Shown here piece by piece: positions 55,035 through 64,000 of a stretch of DNA of 64,000 nt (the stretch's first letter is position 1; the number at the start of each line of letters is the position of its first letter). Both the position numbers and the translations under genes were made by a program. The notes below the pieces were generated by a model. It did not search any database. It was given only the letters and a program-made list of their open reading frames with translations, and was not told the origin of the DNA. Origin of the DNA: a virus. The stretch covers positions 8,497-72,496 of the IMG/VR virus record IMGVR_UViG_3300047554_000536. One strand, given 5' to 3'.

Positions 55035-55694
55035 ATGAAATTAGTATTAGAAAAAGGACAAAGGTTATGGTTTACGAGTGATACTCACTACAACCACACA
55101 AACATCTGCTCAGCCACTACTAAGTGGACTAATGCTCAACGATTGACCAGAGAGTTCAAATCCCTTAGTCATATGAACGATGCATTGGTGAATAACATCA
55201 ATGCATTGGTTGGGGAGAACGATATTTTGATTCACTTAGGTGATTGGTCGTTTGGTGGATTTGAGAGTATTGCTGAGTTTCGTAACAGATTGGTGTGTAA
55301 GAATATTCACTTGGTACTAGGAAACCACGATCATCACATTCAACGAAACAAAGAGGGTATACAAAGCTTATTCAGTTCAGTACACGAGTACTTGTATTTG
55401 AATGTTGTACGTCCTGGTGTCACTACAAAGTCTGCTATGGAGCGATATGATTTTGTTTGTATGCACTACCCGATTGCTAGTTGGAATAACATGAACAACG
55501 GAGTGATTCACTTACACGGTCACGTTCACCTAATGCCTGATGCACGATTACATAAAGGTAAGGCAATGGATGTTGGTTGTGAGGGGAATGGTTTAGAGCC
55601 TATCTCACTACAAGAAGTATTAAACATCATGGAGAAGCAGCCAATAGCTAAGCTAGCATTGCCACATGATCATCACGAATTAAGATTAGAGTAA
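55035..55694 (+). CDS. metallophosphoesterase
   Basis: FTSDTH, HLGD, GNHD, HYP, HGHVH, DVG. Confidence 0.85.
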   Translation: MKLVLEKGQRLWFTSDTHYNHTNICSATTKWTNAQRLTREFKSLSHMNDALVNNINALVGENDILIHLGDWSFGGFESIAEFRNRLVCKNIHLVLGNHDHHIQRNKEGIQSLFSSVHEYLYLNVVRPGVTTKSAMERYDFVCMHYPIASWNNMNNGVIHLHGHVHLMPDARLHKGKAMDVGCEGNGLEPISLQEVLNIMEKQPIAKLALPHDHHELRLE

Positions 55695-55695
55695 T

Positions 55696-55974
55696 ATGAA
55701 ATATTTGTATTTTAGTGCACCATGGTGCGGACCTTGTAAGATGTTGGGTCCAAAGATTGATAAGATGACTAGCGACGGTTTGATTACTGTAGAGAAGGTC
55801 AATGTAGATGAGCAGGAGGATCTTGCAAAGCAGTTTAATGTTCGAGCAGTACCTACCTTGGTATTGGTTGACTCAGCAATGGTTGAGCTTGGTCGTATCA
55901 TAGGAGTAAAGTCACCACAACAAATTAAAGAGTATTGGGATGAGCATGGAACTACTGAACACACATCCAATTAA
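55696..55974 (+). CDS. trxA: thioredoxin
   Basis: WCGPCK, VPTL. Confidence 0.9.
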   Translation: MKYLYFSAPWCGPCKMLGPKIDKMTSDGLITVEKVNVDEQEDLAKQFNVRAVPTLVLVDSAMVELGRIIGVKSPQQIKEYWDEHGTTEHTSN

Positions 55975-56392
55975 GAAAAGCGACTTAGGCTTTCACGGAA
56001 ACCTTTTCGGTGGAAAGTTGCTAGCATGGATCGATGCAGCTGCGGCTGGATACTCTATGCAACTATGTGACACTCCTAGGATGGTCACAGTGAGTATTGA
56101 TAAGTGTTTCTTTCAGAAGCCTGCAAAGGAAGGACAGCTGTTAAAGATATATGGCGCTCCAAGTTCTGTAGGAAACACATCAGTAACTCTATACATGGAA
56201 GCTAGAGCGCACAATGTGTATACTGGCAGTCAGGCATTAGTATTGCAAACGCATATCAGGTTCGTGAGTATAGATGAGGAGGGGAATCCAATTCCGATTG
56301 GTGAGAAGGGTAAGAATAGAATCACAAAGCTGATTGAGATTAATAAACCTATAACCGATCAAGATGTACAAAGTAATCCTAAACGCTCATAA
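55940..56392 (+). CDS. acyl-CoA thioesterase (HotDog fold)
   Basis: GNLFGG.LLAWID, VTVS, GNTS, FVSIDE.G.P. Confidence 0.85.
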   Translation: MSMELLNTHPIKKSDLGFHGNLFGGKLLAWIDAAAAGYSMQLCDTPRMVTVSIDKCFFQKPAKEGQLLKIYGAPSSVGNTSVTLYMEARAHNVYTGSQALVLQTHIRFVSIDEEGNPIPIGEKGKNRITKLIEINKPITDQDVQSNPKRS

Positions 56393-56582
56393 GAGCGATT
56401 CAAAAGTACTCTGTTGGACAGACAACGAGTATACAGCTACAATGATTGTAGCAGCTTTAAGAAATATTGATCAAGAAAATACATTTACAATAATAGAAGA
56501 ACATGGAACCAGATTCAACACAATCAGCACTAGAGATGCTCAAGACCTTGATGGGGATTGGGAATGGACAGCCTTCGTATAG
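56364..56582 (+). CDS. hypothetical protein
   Basis: ORF track. Confidence 0.45.
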   Translation: MYKVILNAHKSDSKVLCWTDNEYTATMIVAALRNIDQENTFTIIEEHGTRFNTISTRDAQDLDGDWEWTAFV

Positions 56583-57216
56583 TAGCTCATATGATGATAG
56601 TATTATGCAGAGCTATGCAGGTTTAATGTCTCAGATCAATCAGCATAATACGTATCAGACTTGGACAGATGCACCAGTAATTCAAGCTGAGTTAATGTCT
56701 GCTGCTGGTATTATTAGAGGCTTCTACGCTCACAGAGACCAACCAGACTCATTGAAGTATGGGGAGGCAGATGAAAGGTATTGTGCAGATTGGTTATTGG
56801 AAGCAGTGAATAGACCTAAGAAGTTGGGATGGCCAACACTACCACCACTACCCGTTCGTGCACTTGTAAAGGATAGGTTTAAGGTAGACTTCAATATGAT
56901 GCACGCAATAGATATGAATCTAAGAGTCATGAGTGCGTCTGCGGTTGCATTAAATTCACTTGGAAAGTCCACAGTAGCGTTCAGGGATGAGGATAACGTA
57001 GTGTATCGTATGTTCATGTTGGCACCAAAGGTATTATTCCAGGATGCATTAATCCCATTCACATACTACAACAACTACCTGACACAGGAAGGTGTTAGAG
57101 TTGATGTCTACATTGCACCAAAAGATTGTGCACCGGAGATTGACGGATGGCAATTACATATTCACCCAACTACTGACACTATCAAGGTTGGTAACACTAA
57201 TCCAATAATATTATGA
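56503..57216 (+). CDS. hypothetical protein
   Basis: ORF track. Confidence 0.65.
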   Translation: MEPDSTQSALEMLKTLMGIGNGQPSYSSSYDDSIMQSYAGLMSQINQHNTYQTWTDAPVIQAELMSAAGIIRGFYAHRDQPDSLKYGEADERYCADWLLEAVNRPKKLGWPTLPPLPVRALVKDRFKVDFNMMHAIDMNLRVMSASAVALNSLGKSTVAFRDEDNVVYRMFMLAPKVLFQDALIPFTYYNNYLTQEGVRVDVYIAPKDCAPEIDGWQLHIHPTTDTIKVGNTNPIIL

Positions 57217-57446
57217 GCAAGCCAATATTTGTAGTGAGGATTCCAATGGACTCAGTACACAACACGGAACAGCTGTATGAGATTAGTAAGCAGTTGCAGG
57301 AAGTGCTATACGACTATCATATGTTGCCATTGCTAGACAGCAGAGCTGAGTCTATTCAATTTGAATGTTTCAATGCTGTGAACACTACAGACGTTGAGCT
57401 GGAAGAGTTAAAGAGTTTGGTACTAAGGCAGTTGGGGGATAGCTAA
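57213..57446 (+). CDS. hypothetical protein
   Basis: ORF track; ATGA coupling. Confidence 0.6.
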   Translation: MSKPIFVVRIPMDSVHNTEQLYEISKQLQEVLYDYHMLPLLDSRAESIQFECFNAVNTTDVELEELKSLVLRQLGDS

Positions 57447-57461
57447 ATAAAAATAACATAT

Positions 57462-57872
57462 ATGAACTTAGAAGGATTAGAACTAAAGACCGTAAAGGTA
57501 TTCGGAGTACTGACAGTAGCACTCTTCTCATTATTGTTGGAGGCTTGTGAGAAGCAAGGCATCTCAGTAAACACAGAACGCACTGAGGAAGTTAAGGGAC
57601 CAGATACTCTATCAAGGGACTCACAATACTACAGCACTTATGCAAAGGAGTATACATACGAGGGATGTGATTACGTTAGAGTAGGAACTCCAAGAAACTT
57701 CTGGGGATCCCATAAAGGCAATTGCAAGAACCCAGTACACGATAGTGCAAGCATTAAAGCACTGAGGGACTCTATCAAGATATTAACACTAGAGAACAAA
57801 CAACTCAGGGAAGAGAACCATATACTAACTTCAGCCCTAGCTCAAAGGGACTACGATAAACATAATAAGTAA
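57462..57872 (+). CDS. lipoprotein-like hypothetical protein
   Basis: Hydrophobic stretch then LEAC; YEGCDY...HKGNCKNP.H. Confidence 0.6.
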   Translation: MNLEGLELKTVKVFGVLTVALFSLLLEACEKQGISVNTERTEEVKGPDTLSRDSQYYSTYAKEYTYEGCDYVRVGTPRNFWGSHKGNCKNPVHDSASIKALRDSIKILTLENKQLREENHILTSALAQRDYDKHNK

Positions 57873-57875
57873 GAT

Positions 57876-58097
57876 ATGTACAAGTCATTCAAACTAACAA
57901 AGAGACACTCTATTGCATTCAATAAGTTTCCAAAGAGTGCTAAGAATATCAAATTGGATAAATCAGTATACCACACTGGGATCTACAAATCAACAGATGA
58001 TATCAATGAGTTTGATACATACTTCTTTGTGTTGGGAACATTCAGAATCCTGTGGTATGTAGAACATAAACATAAGCATGGCCATTGCGCCGGATAA
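57876..58097 (+). CDS. hypothetical protein
   Basis: ORF track. Confidence 0.55.
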   Translation: MYKSFKLTKRHSIAFNKFPKSAKNIKLDKSVYHTGIYKSTDDINEFDTYFFVLGTFRILWYVEHKHKHGHCAG

Positions 58098-58107
58098 ACT
58101 ATAACAG

Positions 58108-58374
58108 ATGAGATTATACAGAATAGTAGCAAAGATGCATCGCAGTGGTGAGACAGTCGAGTATGTGATACAGCGTCACAGTGGCTTCCTATTTAAACAA
58201 TGGAAGGAGGTATTTCACATTGAGGATGGTAGATACAAACGCATCAGCCACACCACGTACGATAAAGCAGAACAATACCTTCTTGAGCAATACACTAAGG
58301 ATGGCATTGGCAGTCTAGTAACCAAGTCGGGAAACATCTACTATGTAGAACCTTACACAATGAACTTCTGTTAA
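58108..58374 (+). CDS. hypothetical protein
   Basis: ORF track. Confidence 0.55.
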   Translation: MRLYRIVAKMHRSGETVEYVIQRHSGFLFKQWKEVFHIEDGRYKRISHTTYDKAEQYLLEQYTKDGIGSLVTKSGNIYYVEPYTMNFC

Positions 58375-58718
58375 TGAGAAACGATCAACAAGAATATATC
58401 CTATGTGCAGCAGTGTGGTACAAGGAACTACCAATGGTCAGACCTGAAGTACTAGACAACCGAGGCTTCAGACCTTACAACGTCGACAAGGGAGTTGTAA
58501 TAAGCGGATGGAGACATGGCAACTGCATATACCAAATGGTAGCAATCACGGGACTAAGATCCATTCCAGCTGAGGCAGGGGAAGAAGAACAAGGGTTCCT
58601 AACCAACAAGAATAGATTCGTGGACAGACAAGAAGGTTGGGCAATAGCATATGCAGCAGGTCAGATTGATCAATCACGAGGGGAGACGGGAACATTATAC
58701 TCAGAAGATTTATATTAA
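58374..58718 (+). CDS. conserved phage hypothetical protein
   Basis: ILCAA, G.RH..C, QGFLT..NRFVDR.E...IA..AGQ, LYSEDLY. Confidence 0.7.
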   Translation: MRNDQQEYILCAAVWYKELPMVRPEVLDNRGFRPYNVDKGVVISGWRHGNCIYQMVAITGLRSIPAEAGEEEQGFLTNKNRFVDRQEGWAIAYAAGQIDQSRGETGTLYSEDLY

Positions 58719-58990
58719 TGAAAGCTAAACTACTAAAGAAGTTGCGTAAGGAATGTTTATGGAAAAGCATTCATAAAGACGTTGGGGGAGTAATGATGGA
58801 ACAATGGATCCTACTACAACGTGGAATGATCACCTACCACTCAAGTACAGAGCACGTATTGTTTGAGATACTACGGCGCGAGTCAATGAATGATAGTCCA
58901 TTCAGAATGATACCATGGATGAAGCTATGGCATAAGCAAATGGATAGAGTAGTAGCGAAAGAATATCACAAAGCAGGGAACAATGATTAA
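58718..58990 (+). CDS. hypothetical protein
   Basis: ORF track; TAATG coupling. Confidence 0.55.
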   Translation: MKAKLLKKLRKECLWKSIHKDVGGVMMEQWILLQRGMITYHSSTEHVLFEILRRESMNDSPFRMIPWMKLWHKQMDRVVAKEYHKAGNND

Positions 58991-59225
58991 CATATACACA
59001 TACAACGAGATAAGGAGAATGAAGAATGAGTCATTCGAACGTGGGGAAAAATATGGTAGGGAGACAGCAATAGACGACCTAAGGGATACCCAGAAGTATG
59101 ATTGTATAAACCTCACCGAGGAAGAAAAGGCTACAGTAATGCAGTACCTAATCGATAACAATCTAGAGTTCGGGTACAATGCCATAGCAGGGGGATTCTA
59201 TATAATGAAGAAGAGGTACCAATGA
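58983..59225 (+). CDS. hypothetical protein
   Basis: ORF track. Confidence 0.5.
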   Translation: MINIYTYNEIRRMKNESFERGEKYGRETAIDDLRDTQKYDCINLTEEEKATVMQYLIDNNLEFGYNAIAGGFYIMKKRYQ

Positions 59226-59458
59226 GACTACAATCAATCCAGCCAGGGGACAAATGCATACACCTAAGCAAGTACGGAGGGCATAACATAATAACAATAA
59301 AGCACGTAGGGGCAATAGGGACCACATCCAATCACGATGGGACCCAATACACATATACAGTACCATATGTAGTAACAGATAAGGGCAATGTACTACAACT
59401 AGACGGGACAGACGGCAAGATATACAAGCTATATAACCCCAGTATAGACGTACTATAG
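59222..59458 (+). CDS. hypothetical protein
   Basis: ORF track; ATGA coupling. Confidence 0.5.
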   Translation: MRLQSIQPGDKCIHLSKYGGHNIITIKHVGAIGTTSNHDGTQYTYTVPYVVTDKGNVLQLDGTDGKIYKLYNPSIDVL

Positions 59459-59760
59459 CTACGCGGTATGACCATGGGGGTAAAGTGTCTATTGTAATCA
59501 CGTAGTTTGCGTAGGGCGTATAAAACACACACCTCCTTGATTTATACGGAAGTGTTTATGGTAAAAAAAGGGGGAATTAATACACATTTGTGGCGAGCCG
59601 CGCAAATTTTTCCTATAGAACTTATACACTTTTTATGCCCACCCCCCGGTGTATAACGTCGAGTCTCTACCCCCCGGAGTATCAGTCAGTTACATATATG
59701 CAACAAATGTTATGAATAGTTTTGCCCAATACACCGGTGCAAAACTTTTTTTTGTAGACT

Positions 59761-59923
59761 GTTGTCTAATCGGATATGTGGGGGGATCTTTACAATATGA
59801 AACGGGAGAGGAAATAAAGACTACTAAATCTCTGAGAAATTTTTTTTAAAAAAAGTTGCTTTCCAGAGAAAAAGGTAGGACCTTTACCAAGTAAAGATAA
59901 GTAATCAATTAAATCACACACAT
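59761..59923 (+). promoter_or_regulatory. tandem promoters plus ACACAC leader
   Basis: GTTGT 59761/GATCTTTA 59785 and GTTGC 59855/GACCTTTA 59879. Confidence 0.75.
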
Positions 59924-61087
59924 ATGAAAAATGTAATTTTTGCACAAGTTAAGTTAGCCCCAGGTAAGCGTGGGGAGTCAGTTCAAGCCATCTGTATGAG
60001 TACTGGGGAGAATGTGACTAAGCAGATCACGTATATGACTTTGTCTAACGCGTTCAAGGCTGGTATGTACCTCGAGAATGGATCGGGTAAGTGGAGACAG
60101 ATTTCTCCGGAAGATGCTAAGAGTTTTGCATCTGAGTCCCCTAAGGCTGTAGCGGTTGAAGCTGCTAAGTCTGAGGCGGATAATGTAATGGCTTTCTTGT
60201 CCACTTGTGTGGAGAAGAGACCCGAGTCTATCTTCTGTGAGGACCTGACTTGGAAGTTTATTTGCCGCTCAGTGGTACGTGGTCGTAACATCTTGTTGAC
60301 TGGTCCTACTGGATGTGGTAAGTCCCAGACTGCCCTTGCGGTTGCTAAGGCAATGGATCGTCCAGTGTTCTATGTGAACTTAGGTGCCACTCAGGATCCT
60401 CGAGGAGCGTTAATTGGTAACACTCACTTCTCTAAAGATGCGGGTACTTACTTCAACGAGTCTGCCTTTGTTAAGGCGATACAGACCCCTAATACTGTGG
60501 TGTTGCTCGATGAGGTATCACGTGCGCATCCAGAGGCTCACAACATCCTTATGACTGTGTTGGATCCAGGACAGCGTTACTTGCGTCTAGATGAGGCAGT
60601 TAACACTCCTACCGTGAAGGTCGCAGAGGGTGTGAGTTTCATTGGTACTGCTAACATTGGTACTGAGTATACCGCTACTCGTGTGATGGACCGAGCATTG
60701 TTGGACCGCTTTGTTATTGCAGAGATTCCACACTTAGGTCCTAAGGATGAGGCTAAGTTGATGAAGCAGTTGTATCCTGCGATTGACGGGGCGATTGCTG
60801 ATGCGTTAGCTGATATTGCTTACCAGACTCGTATGGAAGTTAAGTCCGACTCTGCACGTATTCAGACTCCTATCTCTACCCGATCAATTGTGGAGATGGC
60901 AGGCTTGGTAGTTGATGGCTTTACCCTCACTGAATGTGCGGAGGTTAGTATCTACCCACTCTACAGTGTAGACGGGGGATTGCAGTCCGAGAGAACATTC
61001 GTTAAGCAGTTAGTACAGAAGTACGTTAACGATGGTACTGCAGACAACTTGATGGGATCTAATGCTAACGAAAACATTCCTTTCTAA
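59924..61087 (+). CDS. MoxR/CbbQ-type AAA+ ATPase
   Basis: GPTGCGKS, LLDEVSR, TAN.G.EY, DRALLDRF, ISTR. Confidence 0.9.
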   Translation: MKNVIFAQVKLAPGKRGESVQAICMSTGENVTKQITYMTLSNAFKAGMYLENGSGKWRQISPEDAKSFASESPKAVAVEAAKSEADNVMAFLSTCVEKRPESIFCEDLTWKFICRSVVRGRNILLTGPTGCGKSQTALAVAKAMDRPVFYVNLGATQDPRGALIGNTHFSKDAGTYFNESAFVKAIQTPNTVVLLDEVSRAHPEAHNILMTVLDPGQRYLRLDEAVNTPTVKVAEGVSFIGTANIGTEYTATRVMDRALLDRFVIAEIPHLGPKDEAKLMKQLYPAIDGAIADALADIAYQTRMEVKSDSARIQTPISTRSIVEMAGLVVDGFTLTECAEVSIYPLYSVDGGLQSERTFVKQLVQKYVNDGTADNLMGSNANENIPF

Positions 61088-61090
61088 TCT

Positions 61091-61399
61091 ATGGCTAAGG
61101 TACAACTATCACCGGAACAACATGAGTTCCAGAAGCTTAAGCGCTTTGTAGATAAGCGCTTCCCAGGGGCACGTACAGAAGCCTTTGAGAATGCGGGAGT
61201 TAGGTACTACCGAGTGGTGGATGGTCGAGGGTATTCCATTGTGGATCCTGAGCTAATGCTACGACCAGCCACCACAGTACGCCAGGCCTGGATAGATGCT
61301 AAGTATGCATCATGGTTCACTAATATGATCCGTAAGTCCAACAACGCATTCAGTGACGAAAAAATATACAAAAAACTCGCAAAAGAATCAGGAGACTAA
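61091..61399 (+). CDS. hypothetical protein
   Basis: ORF track. Confidence 0.6.
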   Translation: MAKVQLSPEQHEFQKLKRFVDKRFPGARTEAFENAGVRYYRVVDGRGYSIVDPELMLRPATTVRQAWIDAKYASWFTNMIRKSNNAFSDEKIYKKLAKESGD

Positions 61400-61400
61400 T

Positions 61401-61850
61401 ATGCTAGACAAGCTAATCAAACACACATTAAAGCAGGGCATTCAGCTCGCATACGATAAGGGATCATTCATCTTCTGGAAGGATAAGTTCCCAGTGAATC
61501 AACCATCCAAGATCACGCTACAGATCTCGAACAATGAAGAGCATATGCTGTGGGATCTACTACATGAACTAGGGCACGCTGAAGTGCGCAAGGACTGGAA
61601 GGACTACAAGGCCAACTACCATGCAGCATACCTGGGAGAGAGGGAGTGGATGCTCAATGGAGTCACTAAGTACAAGAGACGTCAGGCATACAAAATAGAT
61701 CTGATCCGAGAGGAAGTGGCAGCATGGGATGCAGGAGTAGATCTAGCACGCAAACTGAACATAGATCTAGATGTTGAGGCCTACAGAGCCTACGGATCTA
61801 AAGCCCTAGCTACCTACATCAAATACTACGGGAAGCAGCTATCTAATTGA
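61401..61850 (+). CDS. HExxH metalloprotease-like protein
   Basis: LLHELGH and EE..AW..G; ATG 61401. Confidence 0.65.
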   Translation: MLDKLIKHTLKQGIQLAYDKGSFIFWKDKFPVNQPSKITLQISNNEEHMLWDLLHELGHAEVRKDWKDYKANYHAAYLGEREWMLNGVTKYKRRQAYKIDLIREEVAAWDAGVDLARKLNIDLDVEAYRAYGSKALATYIKYYGKQLSN

Positions 61851-61907
61851 TAATCAAGGAGATATAACTCCCTGAGAATCAGCGTGAAAATTTTTTTTTA
61901 CAAAACT

Positions 61908-61978
61908 GTTGCCTAATCGGTTTTTTGTGGGGACCTTTACAAAGTAAAGGAAAGACAATTAATTAATACACACACAAT
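61908..61978 (+). promoter_or_regulatory. promoter plus ACACAC leader cassette
   Basis: GTTGC 61908 + GACCTTTAC 61932 + ...ACACACACAAT. Confidence 0.8.
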
Positions 61979-64000
61979 ATGAAAAGTTATCAAGAGTATT
62001 TAGCCAGCGCAAGAAAAGCGGTTTCTAAGAAGAATAAGTCCTACGATGCACGTGGGTTGAACGCCAAGAAGAACTACTCCTCATTCTGGATGGATGATGA
62101 GTGGGACAGCCGTAGTAAGTTCTCCGGTCTAGGTGAGAAGAACAACAGTAGTGACATGGTCAAATTGATCAAGTTATCGAACTACCGTCGTGCAGTAACC
62201 AACTTCGTTAAGATCGTTACTCAGCGTGACATCCCAGTAAACTGGGCAGGTTCAGAGTCGTACACTAATGGTGAAGCTATCACCTTGTCGACTGACATTA
62301 AGGACACTAACTTTGACGTGACTGTGGGACTTGCATTGCATGAGTCTTCACACATCGTACTTACAGACTTCGACTCTTTGAAGAAGATTCAAAACCGTGA
62401 GTATGAGTCAGTTAACGCCTTGATTGCCAAGTATGGTTCAGAGGCTGGTCAACTAGTTAAGCAGATGTTGAACTGGGTAGAAGACCGACGCATTGACAAC
62501 TACATCTTTAGTACCTCTCCTGGGTACAAAGCTTACTACCACAAGTTGTATGACCACTACTGGAATCACAAAGATATCCTCAAAGGTTTCCTCGCTAAGG
62601 AGTATCGTGATGAGCAGTCAGTAGAGAGCTACTTCTTCCACGTGATCAACATGATCAACCCAATGTTCAACGTTAAGGCTCTTCCAGGATTAGAGGAGAT
62701 TGCATCGGTCGTAGACCTCAAGAACATTGCGCGATTGAAGAGCACTGATGATGCGTTAGAGGTTGCAGTTCGTATCGTAGATATTATCATGTCAAACATC
62801 GAGGCTGCTAAGCAAGAGCAACAGCAGTCACAGACTCAAACACAGTCTGAGCCTAGCGGTCAAGGTGGTGGTGAGATGCCAAGCCAAGAAGGTACTGAAG
62901 AGCAAGATGGTGAAGGTGAAGGTGAGGAAGATAGCGAAGAGCTTGAGGAGCTTTCAGGTATGGATTCTCATGCAGTGCGTAGAGCGATCCAGAAGCAGAA
63001 AGACTTCTTGGATGGTAAGTTCGGTAAGAAGTCTGCTACTAAGAAGCTACAGAACCAGTTAGAGAACATCGCTAAGCAAGACATCGAGGTACAGTCAGTA
63101 GGTGGTGACGGGGTCAGCTCTACTACCGCTCTTATGTATGACATGACTGACTCTAGTAAGATCGCTAGCTACGATGCATTGTGTGATCAGTTTGAAGACA
63201 TTCAGAATCGTATGCGTCCAATGAGCTACGGTGCCGAGTACACCAAGTTGCGTGAGGAGTTGAATAACCTCAGAACTCAGATGGATAACCTTGGAGTGTC
63301 TGAACACTTTGGTGCTTGGACTAGAAGCGAGTACGCTGAGTCTATCCAGAAGGGTATCGAGCTTGGAGGCTTGTTAGGTAAGCGCTTGCAGTTGCACAAC
63401 GAGGCACGTGAGAGAGTAGATAACCGCCTTCGCAATGGTAAGATTGACAACCGTAGGTTGGCACATGCTGGGTACGGGATTGATAGTGTGTTCAGTCAGA
63501 TCCACATCGACAAGTATAAGAAAGCTAACCTCCACATCTCCTTAGATGGATCAGGTAGTATGAGTGGTAAGAAGTGGGCATCTACAGTACAGATGACAAT
63601 GGCAATTGCTAAAGCAGCTGCCTACACCCAAGGCATTAACGTAGAGGTATCAGTAAGGGTAACCAACTCAACTGGACGTAACGGGGAAGTACCTAGTAAC
63701 ATAGTAGCTTACAACAGTCGTAAGAACAAGCTAACTCACTTAGTATCATTCTTTAAGCGCTTCTCACCTAACTCAATGACTCCAGAGGGATTATGCTTCG
63801 AGGCAATGATTAACAAGAACCTCCTTACTGCAGGGACCTCAGAACTAGATAGTTACTTCCTTAACATCTCAGACGGAGCACCAGGGATGCAGAACTACGG
63901 AGGGGCTAACGCAATCACACACACTGCTAAGCAGGTAAGCAGATTACGTAACCAATTGGATATGAAGGTGATAAGCTTCTTTATTGAAGACTCTAGAGGA
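61979..64000 (+). CDS. MoxR-partner protein: N-terminal zincin-like domain, acidic linker, C-terminal VWA (CobT-like); runs off the window
   Basis: Read by hand (not in ORF track): MKSYQEYLASARK..., GLALHESSH, NWVEDRRID, Q/E-rich linker, LHISLDGSGSM MIDAS, TPEG, ISDGAP. Confidence 0.85.
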   Translation, partial: MKSYQEYLASARKAVSKKNKSYDARGLNAKKNYSSFWMDDEWDSRSKFSGLGEKNNSSDMVKLIKLSNYRRAVTNFVKIVTQRDIPVNWAGSESYTNGEAITLSTDIKDTNFDVTVGLALHESSHIVLTDFDSLKKIQNREYESVNALIAKYGSEAGQLVKQMLNWVEDRRIDNYIFSTSPGYKAYYHKLYDHYWNHKDILKGFLAKEYRDEQSVESYFFHVINMINPMFNVKALPGLEEIASVVDLKNIARLKSTDDALEVAVRIVDIIMSNIEAAKQEQQQSQTQTQSEPSGQGGGEMPSQEGTEEQDGEGEGEEDSEELEELSGMDSHAVRRAIQKQKDFLDGKFGKKSATKKLQNQLENIAKQDIEVQSVGGDGVSSTTALMYDMTDSSKIASYDALCDQFEDIQNRMRPMSYGAEYTKLREELNNLRTQMDNLGVSEHFGAWTRSEYAESIQKGIELGGLLGKRLQLHNEARERVDNRLRNGKIDNRRLAHAGYGIDSVFSQIHIDKYKKANLHISLDGSGSMSGKKWASTVQMTMAIAKAAAYTQGINVEVSVRVTNSTGRNGEVPSNIVAYNSRKNKLTHLVSFFKRFSPNSMTPEGLCFEAMINKNLLTAGTSELDSYFLNISDGAPGMQNYGGANAITHTAKQVSRLRNQLDMKVISFFIEDSRG

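Noticed and set aside
62865-63062. 65-aa ORF in the track
   Set aside because: Alternative frame inside the long VWA gene starting at 61979.
1964-63307. Minus-strand ORFs in the track
   Set aside because: Nearly all are short antisense shadows of well-supported + strand genes, with no motifs or promoters.
1-64000. Stop-codon recoding (TAG/TGA) as in some large Bacteroidota phages
   Set aside because: Conserved genes are full-length in the standard code, TAG and TGA end genes, and no suppressor tRNA was found.

Overview
This 64 kb window looks like part of a large (jumbo-type) dsDNA phage. All credible genes are on the + strand and use the standard genetic code. A Bacteroidota host is inferred from about 20 copies of a GTTG-N20-(T/G)AnnTTTA promoter, which resembles the -33/-7 promoter, and from A-rich leaders that lack a Shine-Dalgarno sequence. 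In order, the window holds: (1) a 7-deazaguanine DNA-modification cluster (queD, queE, folE, a second T-fold DpdL-like gene, a TGT/DpdA-like gene, a dNTP kinase and a dUTPase-fold gene) just upstream of a family-A DNA polymerase; (2) hsp20-groES-groEL; (3) a ~15 kb glycosylation island (GT4/GT2/GT11, gmd-fcl, RfbH-like, RfbB, a ThDP enzyme and DmpFG-like genes); (4) nucleases and UvsE; (5) an array of 24 tRNAs covering all 20 amino acids, with interspersed structured ncRNA candidates; (6) thyA and RNA-repair genes; (7) many small early-type ORFs behind a repeated promoter/leader cassette; (8) a MoxR AAA+/VWA pair that runs off the window end. The most striking observation is at 37249-37440. 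A 40-codon leader peptide contains all 20 amino acids in its first 29 codons and overlaps the antiterminator strand of a mutually exclusive antiterminator/terminator pair directly upstream of the tRNA array. It is a candidate 'pan-tRNA' ribosome-sensing attenuator that would switch on phage tRNAs when any host tRNA is depleted. All calls come from motif reading; no database searches were run.
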